From Rebecca billardiae RCC1528 (Eukaryota; Protista; Haptophyta): a stretch of DNA of 64,000 nucleotides. Under the pieces are notes generated by a model. The model saw only the letters and a program-made list of their open reading frames with translations. It searched no databases and was not told where the DNA came from. How positions within the stretch are numbered: position 1 is the stretch's first letter; every line of letters starts with the position of its first letter. Below, one piece after another: positions 1-14,200 of the stretch. The stretch lies in contig OZ251239.1 in assembly GCA_965240325.2 (NCBI GenBank), forward strand, positions 372,001 through 436,000, in the 5' to 3' direction. The position numbers and the translations under genes were made by a program.

Positions 1-402
1 CCGGTGTACCGGTACACCGGTGCGCGCACCGCGGGGGGGTCCGGGGGGGTGTCCCCCCCGGGGCCCCGCCGGCCCGAGGCGAAGAAAATTTTTGGGCCTA
101 TTTACTGATATAAATAGCCCAATTATTCAGGACGAAATCGGCCGGCGTATTCGCCTTCCCTGAGTCGGGGCACGGCCTGAGAGTGCCAGCAGTGACTACT
201 CAGTCTCAGTACTCCGACCTCGGACACTGACAAGTGACAGCTCCGCGAGTAGTCCGTACTCGCGGGTGCTGTGGTCCGGGCGCACACGACCCCTCCCGGA
301 CTCTCACCGGTGCGCGGCAGTTTGTGGCGGTGCGTACCGGTACGCACCGGTACGCACCGGTACGGTATTTACCGGTGTCCGGTGTACCGTCTTGGAGCCC
401 TG
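1..402. mobile_element. Right-hand end of a probable hAT-like non-autonomous DNA transposon (continues left of the window)
   Basis: Ends in ...CTTGGAGCCCTG (reverse complement CAGGGCTCCAAG, a CAGGG terminus typical of hAT TIRs). Clustered subterminal CCGGTAC/CCGGTG repeats at 1-22 and 307-389, and a G7-C7 hairpin at 33-60. Only one end is visible. Confidence 0.45.
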
Positions 403-1467
403 AGCGCGACATCACCTCAAGGTTTTTTCCTGAGCGCCGGGCGGCAGCGGCGGCGAGGGCGGTGCTCCGCTGGCGGGGCGCGCACGGGGCACGGCGCTGC
501 GGGCGCGGATGTGCCCGCAGAGCCGGCGCGTGCGGACGGGCTGTTGCGGGAGAGCATCTGGCGCCCTCCTGCGCCGCGCGCATTGCGCCACGCCTCTTTC
601 GCCTTGACTCAGGGCAGCGCGCACATGCGCGCCGCGTCAAGGCCAGCCTTGCCGCGCCGCAGCCGACCGCGCGCGCGCCGTGCGCGGCGTGGTCGGGAAG
701 GAACGGGCGTGGCTGCCGGGCGAGATGGCGACATCACGTGCGCACGCCATGCCGCCCCGCCACGCCTTGACGAGCGTGTCGCCGGTCCGTTTGCACGCCT
801 CTTCGAGTTGTCTCAAATGGTCTGCACGGCCTCGCGGTCGCGACCCTTGTCGGGACGATCATTGAGACACAGAACAGTGCCAGACGGGCACGCGGACTAC
901 TCTTACATGAATGTCCATCACCACGTGGCCATGTAGAAGTGCTGGGTGCGACGCTTTCCTCGCGCTGATACACTTTCATCATCTTTTTCGAGCTCAGGTC
1001 TGGCTTCAGGCACGGCAAGAAATCAGCACTCGTCAACAGCTGTGCGGATCCGTTATCGCGCCCTTTCGCGGCGCCGCGGGACGACATGGCGTGCGCACGT
1101 GATGTCGCCATCTCGCCCGGCAGCCGCGCCCGTTCCTTCCCGACCACGCCGCGCACGGCGCGCGTGCGGTCGGCTGCGGCGCGGCAAGGCTGGCCTTGAC
1201 GCAGCGCGCATGTGCGCGCTGCCCTGAGTCAAGGCGAAAGAGGCGTGGCGCAATGCGCGCGGCGCAGGAGGGCGCCAGATGCTCTCCCGCAACAGCCCGT
1301 CCGCACGCGCCGGCTCTGCGGACACATCCGCGCCCGCAGCGCCGTGCCCCGTGCGCGCCCCGCCAGCGGAGCACCGCCCTCGCCGCCGCTGCCGCCCGGC
1401 GCTCAGGAAAAACCTTGAGGTGATGTCGCGCTGGCCGCTCGCTGGGAGCTCCCGGCCCGGACCTCCC
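403..1467. mobile_element. Long-TIR foldback/MITE-like element (~360 bp inverted arms, ~300 bp spacer)
   Basis: 403-~766 is the near-perfect reverse complement of ~1070-1432 (AGCGCGACATCACCTCAAGG... / ...CCTTGAGGTGATGTCGCGCT). The right arm probably runs on to GGACCTCCC at 1467; the left counterpart is cut off at 402. Confidence 0.8.
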
Positions 1468-1569
1468 TTGGTTTGGGGCATCACAAAGAAACAAACTAAG
1501 TATGAGTACTAGGGGGTCGTACAGTAACGATACTTGTACTTGTGCAAGTAAACGGATCATGCACACGAA

Positions 1570-1675
1570 CCCCGCCTGGACCAGGCTGGGAGAGAGGAGC
1601 TACGAGTGGCCGACCGGACGATCCCCGCCTGGACCAGGCTGGGAGAGAGGAGCTACCGAGTGGCCGACCGGACGA
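1570..1675. repeat. Tandem duplication of a ~53 bp unit
   Basis: CCCCGCCTGGACCAGGCTGGGAGAGAGGAGCTAC(C)GAGTGGCCGACCGGACGA occurs twice. Confidence 0.9.
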
Positions 1676-2247
1676 GAGTGTATAGTCATACTATGCATAA
1701 GCAGGCAGCCTTAGGCTCACTCCCGCGCAGTGAGTGCCCGACTCTGAATGAAGTCTGAGTCTATCTACAGGTCCGGTAGGCGCCAAGGCGGTACTACGGA
1801 GTACGCCTCACCGATTCCCGCCCGTGACTCTAATCATCATTGAATGATTGATTGATCTGCATGATATCAGTCGGCAGTGACTGTATGTACTGTAATCTCG
1901 CCTGCCTGAGCTGTGTGCGACGTCTCGATTCTTCTTAGTAGTTTGTCTTGCAGCTTGATGAGCGATCAGCGAACCGCATTGCCCGCAGACACGACGACGA
2001 GATTCTGATAATTACGAAATCGAATGAACTCATTAATATTAGACTCATAGGCTATACTATTATAGCCACTATAGGGCTCTCACTCACACTGCACTGACTC
2101 AGCACTGCTAAGGCTCACTCCTGACTCTTGCGGACTCTTGGAGTTGGTCTTGGACCGCGGTCCGTGCCACGCATGCCCGTCACTATTCGTCAGGCCGTCA
2201 GCGCGGGCTTCGTCGGACAGTTAGCCCGGTACGTACTGAGATGACTA

Positions 2248-3758
<1,511 letters not shown>

Positions 3759-3793
3759 TGAAGCCTGTATCGGACGACAATTTATTAGTTAGA

Positions 3794-3907
3794 CTCTCTC
3801 TCTCTCTCTCTCTCTCTCACTCACTCACTCTCTCTCTCTCTCTCTGAGTAAAGACTCTCTCTCTCTCTCTCACTCTCTCAGACTCTCTCTCTCTCTCGAC
3901 TCTCTCG

Positions 3908-3949
<42 letters not shown>

Positions 3950-4110
3950 CTCTCTCTCTCTCTGGCTCTCTCTCTCATTCTCAGTCCGTAGCTATAACTA
4001 GCCCTAGGGCGGGGGGCCCTAGGCCGCGCGCTCAACTAACGAGATGATACGGCTTATATATATACTATCTATATATATAGATAGATAGATAGCTATATAT
4101 ATATATATAT
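3794..4110. repeat. (CT)n, (TA)n and (GATA)n simple repeats
   Basis: Directly visible. Confidence 0.9.
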
Positions 4111-4281
4111 TCGACTGATGTAAGTAGAGTCATTACAACATCTAGCACGGTGGCAAACAATCGGACCGATCATCTCATGATGATCAGGCTACACTGTGCA
4201 TCGTCATCGCGATCGTCGTTGTGATGCGATAGATACATATGGTTATTGGCATGAATCATGGTACGTCAATCAATGACAATG

Positions 4282-4974
4282 TCATACGGCAAAGTCGACC
4301 TGCACAGCGCTCGCCTCCACGTCGATGGCCCAGCCGCGCGCGGCGCAGCGGATGGAGCCGGACAGCCCACCCCGCGTGCGCTCGAAGCCGAGCGGCGGCG
4401 GTGAGTGCCCGCGGCTCGCCGCGCCCCGCGCGCGCTCGGCGAAGCCGTCGACGACGAGTGCGTACCGTCCGGGTGGCAGCGTGAGCGTGAGCCGCACGCC
4501 GGCCGCGCGCCCGTCTGCGTCGCGGTAGCACGAGTCCTCGTGCACGACGGCGCGCGCATCGCCGCGTGCGGATGGCCTGCCGTCCTTGCCGTACGTCTCG
4601 GGCAGCCCGGTCCGCTCACCGCCCACGCCGTACGCTGCGACGTGCCACACGCACGACGCCAGAGCCGTCACCACGTCGAACTCGACGTCGACGGGCGCAG
4701 AGCGCGCGAGCGCCGCGTAGACGGCACGTGGGTGGCCACCACGCGACGCACGATGGGGGGATGCGAGTAGATCGACGCGCGCGGCCGGCGCGTGCGGGAA
4801 GGCCCGAGCGAGCATCAGCGCCCAAAGTGCGGGCGCGCCGAGAGCGTCGCGCCACCGGCGCGAGACGCGCGAGAGCCGCGCCACGTCTGAGCCGGCGCAC
4901 TGCCCGAGCACGCACGCGAGTACGTGCGCGGGAAGGGCTGCCACTGGGTCCATCGCGACGCTCCGATCCGTCAT
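4282..4974 (-). CDS. F-box domain protein
   Basis: N-terminal LPAHVLACVLGQC...DVARLSRVSRRWRDAL...ALW matches the F-box consensus; single exon, 230 aa. Confidence 0.75.
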   Translation of the reverse strand: MTDRSVAMDPVAALPAHVLACVLGQCAGSDVARLSRVSRRWRDALGAPALWALMLARAFPHAPAARVDLLASPHRASRGGHPRAVYAALARSAPVDVEFDVVTALASCVWHVAAYGVGGERTGLPETYGKDGRPSARGDARAVVHEDSCYRDADGRAAGVRLTLTLPPGRYALVVDGFAERARGAASRGHSPPPLGFERTRGGLSGSIRCAARGWAIDVEASAVQVDFAV

Positions 4975-5323
4975 GCTCGGCTAGCCCAGCTCGCGTTCGC
5001 GGCCGCGCCGGCCGCGATGGGGCCGGGCCGTTGCAGGGCCCTAGCTCCCTGTGCAGGGCTTGCCGCTCCGAGCCTCCGACGGCGCAAAACATGCGTCGTA
5101 CATTTTTTGTACATTTTTTAGACGACGGATGAACTACGGCCCTTGGATGAACGACGAACAGGTTCGAAGTCCTGCTCACCACTCACCAGTCACCAGGCGG
5201 GCGCCGCGCGGGCGCCCGGACCGTCGTGATCTCCAGCGGCAAGTTGAAAGTGCCAAGTAGGCCGTAGGCGCTGCCCAATTACTTCCAATAATAATTCTTT
5301 GCCCAAAGTTTCGCGATAAGCGC

Positions 5324-7000
5324 ATGGCGACTGTGGAGGTTGTCGTGGACGGGCGCACGGTGCTCGCACCGGCGTCGCTGCTGGCGCAGGCGCACCGGCT
5401 CGTGCTGCGCGAGGCGCCTGCGGATGAGCCCGTCACCTGGCATCCCGCCGACGTCGTCGCGCTGGCACAGGCTCGCGCCGCGCTGCCAAGGGCCGACGGC
5501 CCCGACGCGGGCAGCTCGGCGCGTCGAGCCCGTGTGCGCGCGGCGCTGGGCGAGTGCGATGCACTCGACGTGCTCGCGGCGCTCGCGGCGTCGCCCACGC
5601 CCAACGAGCCCCAATGGCTCGTCACGGAGGCAGCGCGCGCCGCCGCCGCCGGCGCCACGCCGGCCCGGCTGCGCGCACGCGAAATGTGGCCAAGGCTGCA
5701 CCCGGAGCACGCTCTGCTGTGCGTGCGCGAGTGCGCCGAGCGCGAGGCGAGCCGCGGCGCGGCATGGGCGCTGGCGTTTGGCTTGGTGCGTGGCGGCGCT
5801 GAGCTTGGCGCCGACGACGAGCAGCGCCTCGCCGCGCTCCTCCAGCCGCACGCCGCCACGTGCCCGCCTGCGGACGCGCAGAGGCTGTGGCAGGCAGCTA
5901 CCAGCACACACGGTCGGCGCGCGCCCGCAGTGGCACGGCTCGCGGCGCGCGCGCTGGCGCTGGGGCTTGCGCGCGGCGGCGCGGCGGAGTCCAGCGGGGC
6001 GGGCGGGCCCGAGGATCAGCTCGCCTTGCTGCGCCCGCCCGCGCTCGCCGCCGCCGTCGCCGCCGCCGCCGCCGAGCCCAAGGTCGAGCGCGCGCGCGTG
6101 CGGAGTGCCCTGCCGCGGTGGCTGCGCGCGGCGCGCGCGCCACTGGCGCCCGCGGAGGCGCGCGCCCTCGCGCCGCTGGTGCGCGACGCGCTGGCTCTGG
6201 GAGGCGAGGCAGACGACGAGGGTGAGACGCACGCCTGGGCTGACGAGGCTCTCGCCGCGCTCTGCGCTCTGCTCGGCGCCAGCGCTGCCGCGGCCGCCGG
6301 CGCCGCGGCCGGCGCCGCGGCCGCGGCCGACGGCTCCCGCGTGGGCGCAGGCGCGGGCGTGGCGGCGGAGGCGGAGGCGGCGCTGGCGGTGCTGTGTGCG
6401 GCGCAGCCGCCGCCGAGCGGCGCCGCGCTCGCGGCGGCGATGCGCGCACTGCCGCACTCCGCGGCGCTCGCGCATGCCGCCTCGACAGCACTCGCCGACG
6501 CGGCCGCCGACGCGGCCGCGCAGAGGGCCGCGCGCGCCGCGGCCGCGCGCACGCTCGCGCGCGCGCGCGGGTGGAGGGCCGCGGCCGGCGCTGCGGAGGC
6601 TGCGGAGGCGGCGATCGCGCGCGGTGCGTCGGCGGCCGCTGTGTCGCGAGCGCTCGCGCGCGCCGAGTCGGCTGTGCTCGCGGCGAGCGCTGACGACGCC
6701 GCTGCGCTCCAGGCTGCGCGCGCGCAGGCGAGCGCAGCGGCAGAATTGCAGGCGAACACACGCGCCACCGCCGCGCGATCGGCAGACGGGCTGCGAGCCG
6801 CGGCCGACGACGCGCGCGCGCGCGCTCGGGCGGCCGAAGCGCGCGCGGCTGATGCCGAGACGGAGGCGGCGACCCGCGCGGTCGAGGTGGAGGCACTGCG
6901 CGCCGAGCTCGCACTCGCTGTCACCGATGCACGCGCCGCGCGGCTCAGCTGGGCGGGGCGCGTGCCTTCATCCGCCGCGTCGACGCCACGGCGCGGCGGC

Positions 7001-7031
<31 letters not shown>

Positions 7032-7441
7032 GTGGCGGCGGTGGCGGCAGGGAGCGGGGTGCGTCGGCCTCGCCGCGCGCGGCCTCGGCCGCGCGAGCAG
7101 CTCCAGCTGGCTTCGACGCCGAGCCGGGCGACGCGCCGTCCGCACGCGAGTCGCCCCGTGTGCGCCCTCCGGCGGCGTGGGTCGAGCGGCCACCGACCGC
7201 GCGAGAGGCGGTGGCGCGCGCCCTCCCGCCGCCGCCAGCCGGGCGAGAGAGCACGGCAGGCGCTACCGGCGACCGCCGCAGCGCGAGTCTAGCCGCGGCA
7301 CACGCGGCGCGAAGTGCCGCCGTCCTCGGCGCCGGCGGCGCGCGCGCGACCTCGCCCGTGCCACTGCCCCTGGGCGCGGCCGGCCGGCAGCTGAGCGCGC
7401 CCCCCAACGAGAGGCAGCGCTTCACAGTGCGGCTGCGTTGA
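5324..7441 (+). CDS. Hypothetical Ala-rich protein with C-terminal coiled coil
   Basis: 705-aa ATG-initiated ORF in the Ala/Leu/Glu-rich frame typical of coding sequence here; bounded by AT-richer flanks. Confidence 0.65.
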
Positions 7442-8281
7442 TTGATCAGCAGATCAAATTGATGGGCCCCGGGCCGCCCGACGGCCCGGTCGGGTCCGCT
7501 GACTATTACGCCGTGACGCCCTCGGAAGTAGCCCGAGTGTCGTCGTCAGTTAAATTGATATATGCATGCATTTGCGGCCTTACGTCGGAGTCGGAGTCAG
7601 TCTCACTAGTCACTTTGAAATTGATCGACAGCGCGGATCATCATCATCAGCCGAGGCCGATCAGCCGCCAGCAGCGGCAGCGCAGTACACGCCTGAGCAG
7701 TATACGTATACTGGCTGAGACAGAGACTGCGCTCGGAGTCGGAGTCTGAACGGTACTCAGTCATTATCGTCGGCGGCAGTGTCGCAGCATTATTATATCA
7801 GCAGATAGCTTATATATTAGATATAGAGTCAGATATATCGGCTCATCATTATGTCGAGTCATCATTTACTCAATGCTGCACATTCATCCGATCCGCGTTT
7901 CTGCACGGCGTCATCAACACGACGAAGCCTTCCGACTGATAGATGCTGCACATGAGTTCCGTTTCTCACGTCAACACGAAGCCTGCCGACTGTATGTTCG
8001 CCAGCTAGCCGCCCGGCCGTGCAGCGCGGCAGGCTGCGCACGACTTGTCATCACACGCGCATGTCATCAGGCTCAGCTGTCAGCACGAGACCGAATACTA
8101 GTGCACAGACTGCTCACCTGGAATCCTGGATCCAGCAGAGCTGAGAGCAACACCGAGTCCGTTACAAAAAAAAGGCGTCGCCAGTCGGCCGCCATCTCGA
8201 TGCGCGCTCGAACTGCCGCTGCTTGCTGTGGCGTCCAGCGCGCTCGGAGGGCGCCAGGCGCAGCCCGCCTCCGCGTGGGCC

Positions 8282-11200
8282 ATGGACGAGCGCGGCGGCG
8301 AGGGCGGCGGCGGCGCGGACGCGCGCGCGCGGCGCGCCGAGGTCGACGACCGCCCGTCCCCCGCCTCGCGCGACGACGACGACGGCGAGGAGGACGCGCA
8401 AGAGGAGGAGGCGAACGCCGGCGGCACGCCGGTCGTCGTCGACGCGGCGCGGCTCGACACGGGCACGGCGTGGCGCGACCGCGCGTCGCGCGCGGCGCTG
8501 GTGTTCCAGTCGATGTTTCGCGGGCGCACCGTGCGCCAGGCCATGCCCAAGCAGCTCCTCGTGCTGCAGCAGGCGGCCGAGCTGCGGCGCGCACGCGTCT
8601 CGCGCCAGTCCACCGCCGACTTCCGATTCGGCGGCGCCGGCCCGGACCTGGACGCGCTGGGCTCGCACACGACGGAGGCGGTGGCGCGCTCGGCGGGCGG
8701 CGTGGCGGGCGACTCGGCGCGCAGCGCGCTGCGCACCGTCTCCGTCCTCACCTCGCGGCTGCACGCCGCGATGGCGGCGATCGCGCAGATTGGGCTGCAG
8801 CGCACGCCCGCTGACGTGATTCATCACGCGCGGCTGGCGGCGATCGCGCTGACCGGCGCGACGGGCGCGGAGGTGTACGTCGTGCGCCCCGGCGGCGGCG
8901 GCGGCGGGCGCGGCGTCGGGCTGCACGTCGGCGAGCGCCTCGTCCTGCCCGCCAACCGGCTGCCGCTCGCCGGGCAGTGTGCGCAGACGGGGGCGCAGCA
9001 GATGCTCGACGGCAGCGGCGGCGACGGCCTCTCGTCGCTCGCACTGTGCTCGGTGCGGCACGAGGTGTCGTCGTCGCACTACGAGCTGCTCGACTTCTTC
9101 TGCCACATGCTGCACGTGCGCGAGATCGAGGAGAAGGCCCAGCGCGCGGGCCACGTGCTGCGCGTGCGCATGGCCGCTGAGCGCGGTGTCACTTCCGTCG
9201 CGTGCGTACCCATGTGGGCGTCGGCGCGCGCCGTCTCTCAGACGATAGGCGACGAGCTGCAGGTCGACGAGGCGGAGGAGGCGGAGGAGGAGAAGCCGGC
9301 GGAGGTGTCGGACGCGTCGGCGGACGCGTCCGCCGCGTCGCAGCCGCAGGGCGCGGGCCAGACGGCGGTGGGCGGCGGCGCGGACGCGGGCGCGGCCGGC
9401 GCGGACGCGGGCGGCGCCGCGGGCGCAGACAGCGGCGCCGCGGGCGCGGTGGCGGCGGCGGCGGGCGCGCCGGCTGCGGCGCCGCCGGTGGTCGTGCCGG
9501 CGTCGTCGTCGTCGGCGTCCGCGCACGCCGCGCCGCCGGGCAGCCAAGCCGACGCCGCGCCCTCGGCAGACAGGCCGCTGGCGGTGCTGCAGGTCTGGCT
9601 TGGCACGCCCCCGGCCGGCTTTGAGCTGGGCGCACACGTGCAGACTCGGGTGCCGTCGTCGCCCACGAAGCGCTCGTCCATCACCGACAGCTCGGCGGCG
9701 TCCGCCGCGGGCGCGGCCGCGGGGGGCCAGAAGAAGAAGCTCGACGCCGACGACATGCACATCCTCAGGCTGATCGGCGAGCACGCGGCCAACGCGCTCG
9801 TGAACGCGCGAGCGCTCGCAGAGGAGCGCGCGCGCGCGCAGCGCGTCGCGCGGCTACACTCGCGCCTGCGCGAGGGCGCGCGCTCGCTGCCCGAGCTGCG
9901 CTCGATCGCGCTCGAGCTGATCCCCGCCGCGGAGGCGTTCATCTTCCTCACCGTCGCCGGCACGCCCGAGGCCCAGCCGCTCTCGGCGGACGTGGGCGTG
10001 GGCGCGGACGGCCCATGGACTCTGGTCTATCGACCCAACAGTGCGCGCACCGCGCCGGCGCGGGGCGCGCGCCGCGCCGGCGCGGGGCGGCCGACGGGCG
10101 TCCTGACGGCCGGCCGGCCGGCCGGCAGACTGCGCGCGCGGCGCGCACATGCGCCGAGCGGCCGGCCCACGGCCGACGCGCTGAGGCGCGACGGAGCGAG
10201 CGAGCGCGCGCGCGCGGCGCGGCGTCGGGGCGCAGAGGCTGGGCGCGTGCAGGCGAACACCGCGCCGCGCGCTCCCGACGCTCACGCCCCTTCGCCCCTG
10301 CCCCGCGCGCGCTCGCTTCTCCCCGCGCGCCGTGTGCCCTCCCCCTCGGCGTGTGCGCCGCGCGCCGCGCGCCGCGCGCGCAGCCGCGCCGCCCCCGCCA
10401 GGCCTGTTCTACGGCATCGACGCGGAGGTGCGGACCGGGAGGCCGCTGCTCGCGACAGAGGGCGACGTCAGCGCGAGCGCGGCGCGTCTCGGGTTCGCGC
10501 CCGAGGCCGAGGGCGGCTCGGAGCGCGGGATGCTCGCTGTCGCACTCGCGCTCGACGCGGAGCTCGTCCGCCCCGAGGCCCTCGTGCCGCGCCGCTCGGC
10601 GGAGGAGGCACGGCTTGGCGGGCGCGCGGCCGCGCGGCGCCGGCAACAGGTGGGCGAGGGCAGTGATGGGCGCGCGGGCGGCGGCGGCGGCGGCGTTGCG
10701 GAGGAGGAGGAGGAGGAGGAGGCGGAGGACGGCGCGGAGGGCGCGGAGGGTGGCGGCGGCGGCCCGCAGGGCGGAGGCGCCGAGCGCGGCGCCGCCGCCG
10801 GCGCGCCGGCCGCGGCGGACGTCGCCGAGGGCGGCGGCGCGCGCGGCGGTGCGGCCACACAGCCGCGCGCCGGCGCCAAGCGCGCGTCGCACGTAGGGTG
10901 GCAGGCGCAGCCAGCCGGCGGCGGGCGGTACGTGCCGCCGCCCCCGCACGCGTCCGTGCTGGCCGGCGTGGTCGTCTGGCTCAACCGGCGCACGCCCGGG
11001 CTGGGCGCGCACGGCGCGGCGTTCACGCCGGCGGACGCGCAGCTCGCCAAGACATTCGGGACGCTCGCGTCGGGCGCGCTCGCCACGCTGTGCGCGCGCC
11101 GCGAGTCTGTCACGCTGCGCACGGTCGCGCGCGCGGCGGTGCGCGAGGGCACGGCGGTGCGCACGCTGAGCGCCGCGCTCGGCGGCGTGCTCGACGCGCC

Positions 11201-14200
11201 GACGCTCGCGGCCGCCGCGCGCGCGCACGCCGCCTCGCTGCTCGGCTGCGAGGCGGCGGTCCTACTGCTGCTGCGCGCGTCCGATCGTTCTCTCGTCACG
11301 CGCGCGGCCGATGGCGCGCGCGTGCTCTCCGCCGACAAGGGGATCCTCGGCCTGCTCACGCGGCGCGGCGAGCTGATCAACGTGCGCTCGCCGGACGAGG
11401 ACGCGCGCCTCGACACGCGCTCGAGGGTCGAGCTCTCGGGCATCCTCGCGCTCCGGGCGCAGTCGCACAACGAGCCCCCGAGCGCGCGCGTGCGCTCGCT
11501 GCTCCTAGTTCCATTGCTTGCGCGCGTGGGCGCGTATCCGGGTATCGTGAGCGGCGCGGCGGCGGACGGGAGTGCGGCGGGCGGCAGCCTCGGGGGCAGC
11601 TTCAGCACGAGCTTCACGCGCCGCCGCGCCGAGCGCGAGCGCGCCGCCGGCCCACGCGCCGCCGCCGCCGAGGCTGGCGGCGCGCAGAACGACGCCGACG
11701 CGCCGCGCGCCGCCGAGCAGATGGATGTGATAGGCGTTCTGGTGGCGGCGAATCGCACGATGGCGGCGCAGCCGGCCAAGCGCGCGCCGAAGGGCGGCGG
11801 CGTGGCGGCGGCGGGCGCGGCTGTCGCCGGCGCGCGCGCCAAGGGCGCCGCTTCGCCCGCGGCGGGCGCCCTCGAGGCGGCGCCATTTCAGCCGGTGCGC
11901 AGCGCGCGTGCGCGGCGCGCGGCGCGGCCGCGCGCTGCGGCGCGCGGCCGAGTGGTGCGCGAGCGCGCCCCGCGCGCTGCCGCCGCGGCGCGCGCTCACG
12001 GCGGCGCTGCCCCGCCCGCTGTGCCCCACACCGCGCGCGCGCGCGCCGCGCCGCCGCCTTCCCGCCTGCGCGCGCGCGCCCGCAGGAGGACGAGCACCTC
12101 GCCGCCACCATCGCCGCGCAGCTCGCCGTCGCGGCCGTCGACGCGGCGCTGCACCGAGAGGCAGTTGGCGACGCGCGCGCGCGCGAGGCCTCGCTCAGCT
12201 CGCGGCAGCAGCTGCTCAAGGCGGTGCACGTGTGCATGTCCGCGCAGCTCTCGTGGCCCGAGCTGTGCGCGCGCGTGCGCGCGCAGGCGCGCGAGCTGAT
12301 CGGCGCGACCGCCGCGGAGCTCTACCTGTGCGAGGCGGGCGGGCGCGAGCTTATGAGCACGATGAGCGGAGCTACAGGCGGCTCCAACGACTCGCTCGCC
12401 GCCGAGGCGGCGGCCGCCGCCGAGGCCGCCGCCGCCGCCGCCGTGGCGAAGGCGGCGACGGTGCGGCGCGCGCGCGCGCAGGACGTGGCGGCGCGCTCGG
12501 CCGCGGCCTCCGCCTCCGCCGCCGACGGCTCCGGCGGCGACGGCGGCGGCGGCGGCGGCGGCGGCGAGGGTGCCGAGGGGGGCACAGACGACGGCGGCGG
12601 CGCCGTAGAGGAAGTGGTCCGCTTCCGCGTCGAGTGGCTGCTGGCCGCGGGCGAGGACGACGCGGTGACGCTCGGCGCGCGCGCCATCGACGCCGGGCAG
12701 ACCGTCGTCGCGAACGCGCGCGCGCCCGACGCCGTGCCCGACGGTGCGGACAAGGGCGGCTGGAGTGCACTGGATGCGCTCGCATCCACGCTCGATCGCT
12801 CCGCGCTCGCCGACGACGCTGACGCGCGCGCGCTCGCGCTCGCGCGCGCCAAGCCCTCGCGCTTCGCGGTGGTGCTGCGCGCTGGCGGCGGCGGCGGCGG
12901 CGGCGCCAGCGGGCTCGGCGGCGGGCTCGGCGGCGCGGGCGGCGCCGACGGCAGCGGCTCCACCGCGGCCTCGTTCAGCACCGCCCCACCCACGAAGAAA
13001 AAAGGCGCATCAACCAAGTCCGCGCCCGCCGCCGCCTCCGCCCACGCCGCCTCCGGCCCCGCCGCGCCCTCCTCCGGCGTCGGCCCGAAGGTCGGCGTGC
13101 TCGTCGTCGAGCGCCCCTCGCCGTTCGCGGACGCGGAGGTGGACACGTTCGCCGAGCTCGCGCAGCAGCTGGGCGCGATCGTGCACATGCACCGCGCGCG
13201 CTGGGAGGCGATCGCGGCGGTCGAGCGCGCGAACGCGCACGCGCACCGCCACTCGCTGCTGCTCGCAGCCGCTCGTCTCTCGCTCCGTTCATATGCGAAC
13301 TACGACGGCGCGTTCACCCACGCGCTCGACATGGCGTCGCAGCTCGGCTGCGAGGCGCTCAACCTCTTCGTGCTCCGGCGCGTGGACGCGCACGAGGCGA
13401 CGGCCGCCGGGCTCAGCGTGGGCACACTGGCCCTCTGGTCGCGGCTTCGCGCGCCGGACGAGGAGGGAGGTGGCGGCGCAGACACGCCGCGCGCGCCGCA
13501 GCCCGGCGGCGCCGCCGCGCCGCCCTCCGCGCACTTCCGCGCCGTCGCGCTCTCCGACGTGTACGCCCCGGTCGGCGGCATCCTCGGCCACGTGGCGCAG
13601 ACGGGGCAGGCGGTGCGCACGGACGACGCGACGATCCACCCGTTCTACCACGCGCCGGTCGACGCTCTCACCGAGGGCCCTCACTCCGCGTCGCGCGCGG
13701 TCGGCTCCGCCCTCGCTGTCATGCCGGTGCGCGACTCGCTCGGCCACGTCGTCGGCGTGCTCCAGGCGCGCGGCAAGCGCGCGCACAGGCAGGGCGCGGC
13801 GGCGGCGCTCCCGGCCGCGTTCCGGGACGCGGAGGCGGACGGCGGGGGCTCCTTCACGACGGAGGACATCGAATTCTTGGAGGTGCGCGCGCCGCGCCGC
13901 CCCCGCAAGCGCGGCCGCCCCCGGCAAGCACGGCCGCGGACCGTGAGCAACTCGCGCGCGATCTCGCGCGTGATCTCGCGCGTGATCTCGCGCGTGATCT
14001 CGCGAATGATCTCGCGCGTGATCGCGGTCTGGCCGTGCGTCCCGGCGTGCGAGCGGCGGCGGGGTGCGCCGCGCCGTGCACTGTGCGCCGCGCGAGCGGT
14101 GCAGCGCGCGCCCAGCGTCATCCGACGCGCGTCGCCCCGCCCGCGTCGCCGCCTCCTCCCCCCGCGCCCCCCCCGCGCGCGCAGGCGTACGCGTACGTGC

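Noticed and set aside
1570-1675. Two hairpin-containing repeats resembling a mini-CRISPR
   Set aside because: The units are adjacent with no unique spacer; eukaryotic context with no cas genes
5120-5195. B-box/T-arm-like CAGGTTCGAAGTCCTG
   Set aside because: No A box or cloverleaf, and the loop is one base too long
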